From Flectonema sp. DT1601 (taxonomy: Eukaryota): DNA of 64,000 bases. Location of the stretch: NCBI GenBank assembly GCA_964019425.1, contig OZ025782.1, forward strand, positions 1,426,001 through 1,490,000, in the 5' to 3' direction. This document shows positions 27,501 through 30,500 of the stretch, piece after piece (the first letter of the stretch is position 1; every line of letters begins with the position of its first letter). The translations under genes were made by a program, and so were the position numbers. The notes beneath the pieces are model-generated. The model was not told the DNA's origin and did no database searches. It was given only the letters and a program-made list of their open reading frames with translations.

Positions 27501-30500
27501 ACCTTTCTGGTACATTCTTTCGGTGTTCCCGACCACGAGCATGCGGGGTCCTTGTCACAGCAGTCTTTCTCGCAACACTCCTTGCAGTGTGTCGCCGAGC
27601 AAGTACCATCAATTGCAGAGACTACTCCAGCACCGCAGATGACCGTTGCCCGTTGCAGCTTACAGTTCGCGCACTGGTAAATTCCAGCGTATTGGCTCGG
27701 CACAGCCCGACAGTTCAATTCAGGACACCCGGTTGGTGAGTCGCACTTGCTGAGCTTCGGCTGTTTCCATTCGCAGTATTTATCGGCGTTACACTCGTCC
27801 TTGAATCCCCAAGTTGCACACGGGAAGTGCGTGCTGTCAACAGGTGGGATGAGAGACTTTCCGATCGGGCTCGATGGGTCGCAGAATACATTCAGCAGTT
27901 GGCTCGGGATCTCGTCCAGCTGCAGGTTCAAGAAGTGGTCATCCTTCGGATCCGTAACCAAAGGTTTCAATCTCAGTTCTGCATAGTCATCCTGATAAGT
28001 GCGTCCAGTAAATCTGCGCATCACTACACCAAACACAATAACATTCTCTTTGCGGAGGTCCTGTTGAGCCTTGTCGAGCATACCAGGGTAGGTTGGCTGC
28101 CACAACTGATCACATCCGAAAGGACACTGATTGCACGAATTTCTAGCGCTGCATGCGTCTCCGTTGATATCGGTTAACCCACCGTCGGCGATAATAACCA
28201 CAATATGCTTTCTGTGAGGTGGTGAGTTTTGAGGCAAGAAGGTGTGATCGGCAACATCTTGCAAGGCGTCGTGGATGTAGGTCCATTGACGCTGGTAGTT
28301 CGCCTCGTGCCAGTCGATATCCCCCATCAGCTCCTGCAGGTTACCAGACAGCATACCGTCAGTGCACTGACCGATCGCGCAGTTAGTTGGATGGTCTTCA
28401 TCAGGACGTGCGTTCGCCTTTGAGAACTGGATGAAGGTAATACGAAACGTTCCACCTGTCACTGCCGAGTTCTGTCTTACAGTATGGTCCTCGCCCGTCA
28501 GCGGTAGGGTCTTCACCCAGTCGCGAAGCATTTCCAGAAGGGCAGTGTATCCGTGCGCATGGCGCCCGAATGATCTCCACATCGATCCTGAACCGTCAAT
28601 TACAAAGGCAACATCCAGGTCTGGGCATTGGGACAACGAAGGGATCGCACAGTGCGGGTTGTTTGGGTCTGCCACCCACGTGCAGTCCGGATCTTCGTTA
28701 CACTTGCACTCATCCTTCGGGTTGTTATATTTGTCACACGTTTTAACAGCGCAGTACGCAGGGTTCGCGTTCGTTTGCCACATACACTTGTCATCGTTCT
28801 GGCACGCCGGCTGCGTTGGGTACCCTCCACATGGTGTCTGTGTGCATACTGGCGGCGTACCTGTCGTGTCCCAGTGGCACGCGGTATCTGCGTTACACGA
28901 ACCGGCGTCAGGGTGCTTCACACATGGCCTTTCCACGCACTTGTCGAGTGCGGTGTCCCATTGACACTTAGTATCGGCATTGCAAGTTGTGTCACTAACG
29001 TATTGGCAGATTTTCTCCGCGCAGTACTCAACCAACGTCGATGGCGGGCCAGGTGGTGGAGGGGTCTGCACAGGAACCCACTCGCATCCGTCCTCAGCAT
29101 TACAGTCTCCTTCTTTTGTGTGAAGACACTTCTTTGGGTAGCATTTCGGGGTCTTGCTAGGATCATACTCACACACACTGAGGAAGCAGTAATCTGGATC
29201 TCCTGCAGGAGGATTGCACGGAGCTCCCATTTCGACCGCTACTGCTTCACATGGTTGTTCGTTCTCGTGTACGCGGCAAGGATCATCGATACATTTGTTT
29301 GTTGCCCACATTGCGTTCCACAAGCAGTCTTTATCAGTTTTGCATTGTGCTTCATCTTTACCACTGCACCCTGGTTGCTCGCGCTTACAGTCGCCATTAT
29401 CCCACAAGCATCCCGGATGAGCCTTACAGTCAGTCTCTGAACACAACGGGTAACAGTCTGATTGAGTGCATGATGGCGTAATTGAAGCATCCCACTTGCA
29501 GTTCAGGTCCGCCATGCAGTCCGTCTCACTCCCTTTCGGTGCACACCCGCTCGGTACAGTCACAGTCCCAGCAGCGATTCCCCTTCCAAAAACGCTTGTA
29601 GAGTCGCAAATCTGATCCAGTACCTGTTCCTTGAAGTGGTCGAGGTCAACGTTGAGGAAGTGATCATCCTGTGGGTCAGACACCAGCGGCTTTAGCTTCG
29701 CTTCCGCCTGAAGATCTTGGCGTGTGTGCCCAGTCGCCTTCCTCACAACCACACCGAAGATTTGCGCGTCATGGTCGTTCTTTAACTTGTCCTCTATCGT
29801 ACGAATGTCGCTGTCCCGGTCATGTAGCGCACCGTCAGTAATGATCATCACAATCTTCTTTCTCGCCTGGCCGCTATTCTGAAAGGTGTCATATGCCACT
29901 TGCAATGCCGGAGCTAAAATCGTCTTGCCCTGACTCCACCTCCTGCAGAAGAAGTTCTCGTGGAAGGTTACGTCGTTCGAAAGGCTGGCGTAGTTTCCAG
30001 ACAATGCAGCTCCCTGAGTTGTTCCCGCAACTGCGACCCACGGTTTACAGTTTACGAATCCCGCAGGCGCAGGTGGAGAGTTTTGCGCGGTCTGCGCTTC
30101 ACCAGGCTTACCAAACTGCACCAACGAGGCACGAATACCGTACGTCGAGGTCGACGATGGCGCCAACTCAGCAGTGTGCAGAAAGTCTCTCATTTCCTCC
30201 ATCATTCCGTAAAACCCGACTGCATGTGATCCAAACCTGGCGTCCATCGAACCTGATCCGTCAAGCAAGAATGAGATGTCGACAGGTGGACACTGCACAT
30301 TAGGATCAACACAATGGTTGTTTGCTGAATCCCAAATACAGTCCGGCGAGGCAGCTAAACAGTCGCACTTGTCGCTGATGTCACCGCACACGCGCTTTTG
30401 GCACTCAGCCCCAGCTGGATTGTTAGCATTCCAATAACAAGGTCCCAAATTATCAGCGTTGCACGCATCTCTAGCCTTGTTAGTCGACGGGCAGTATGCA

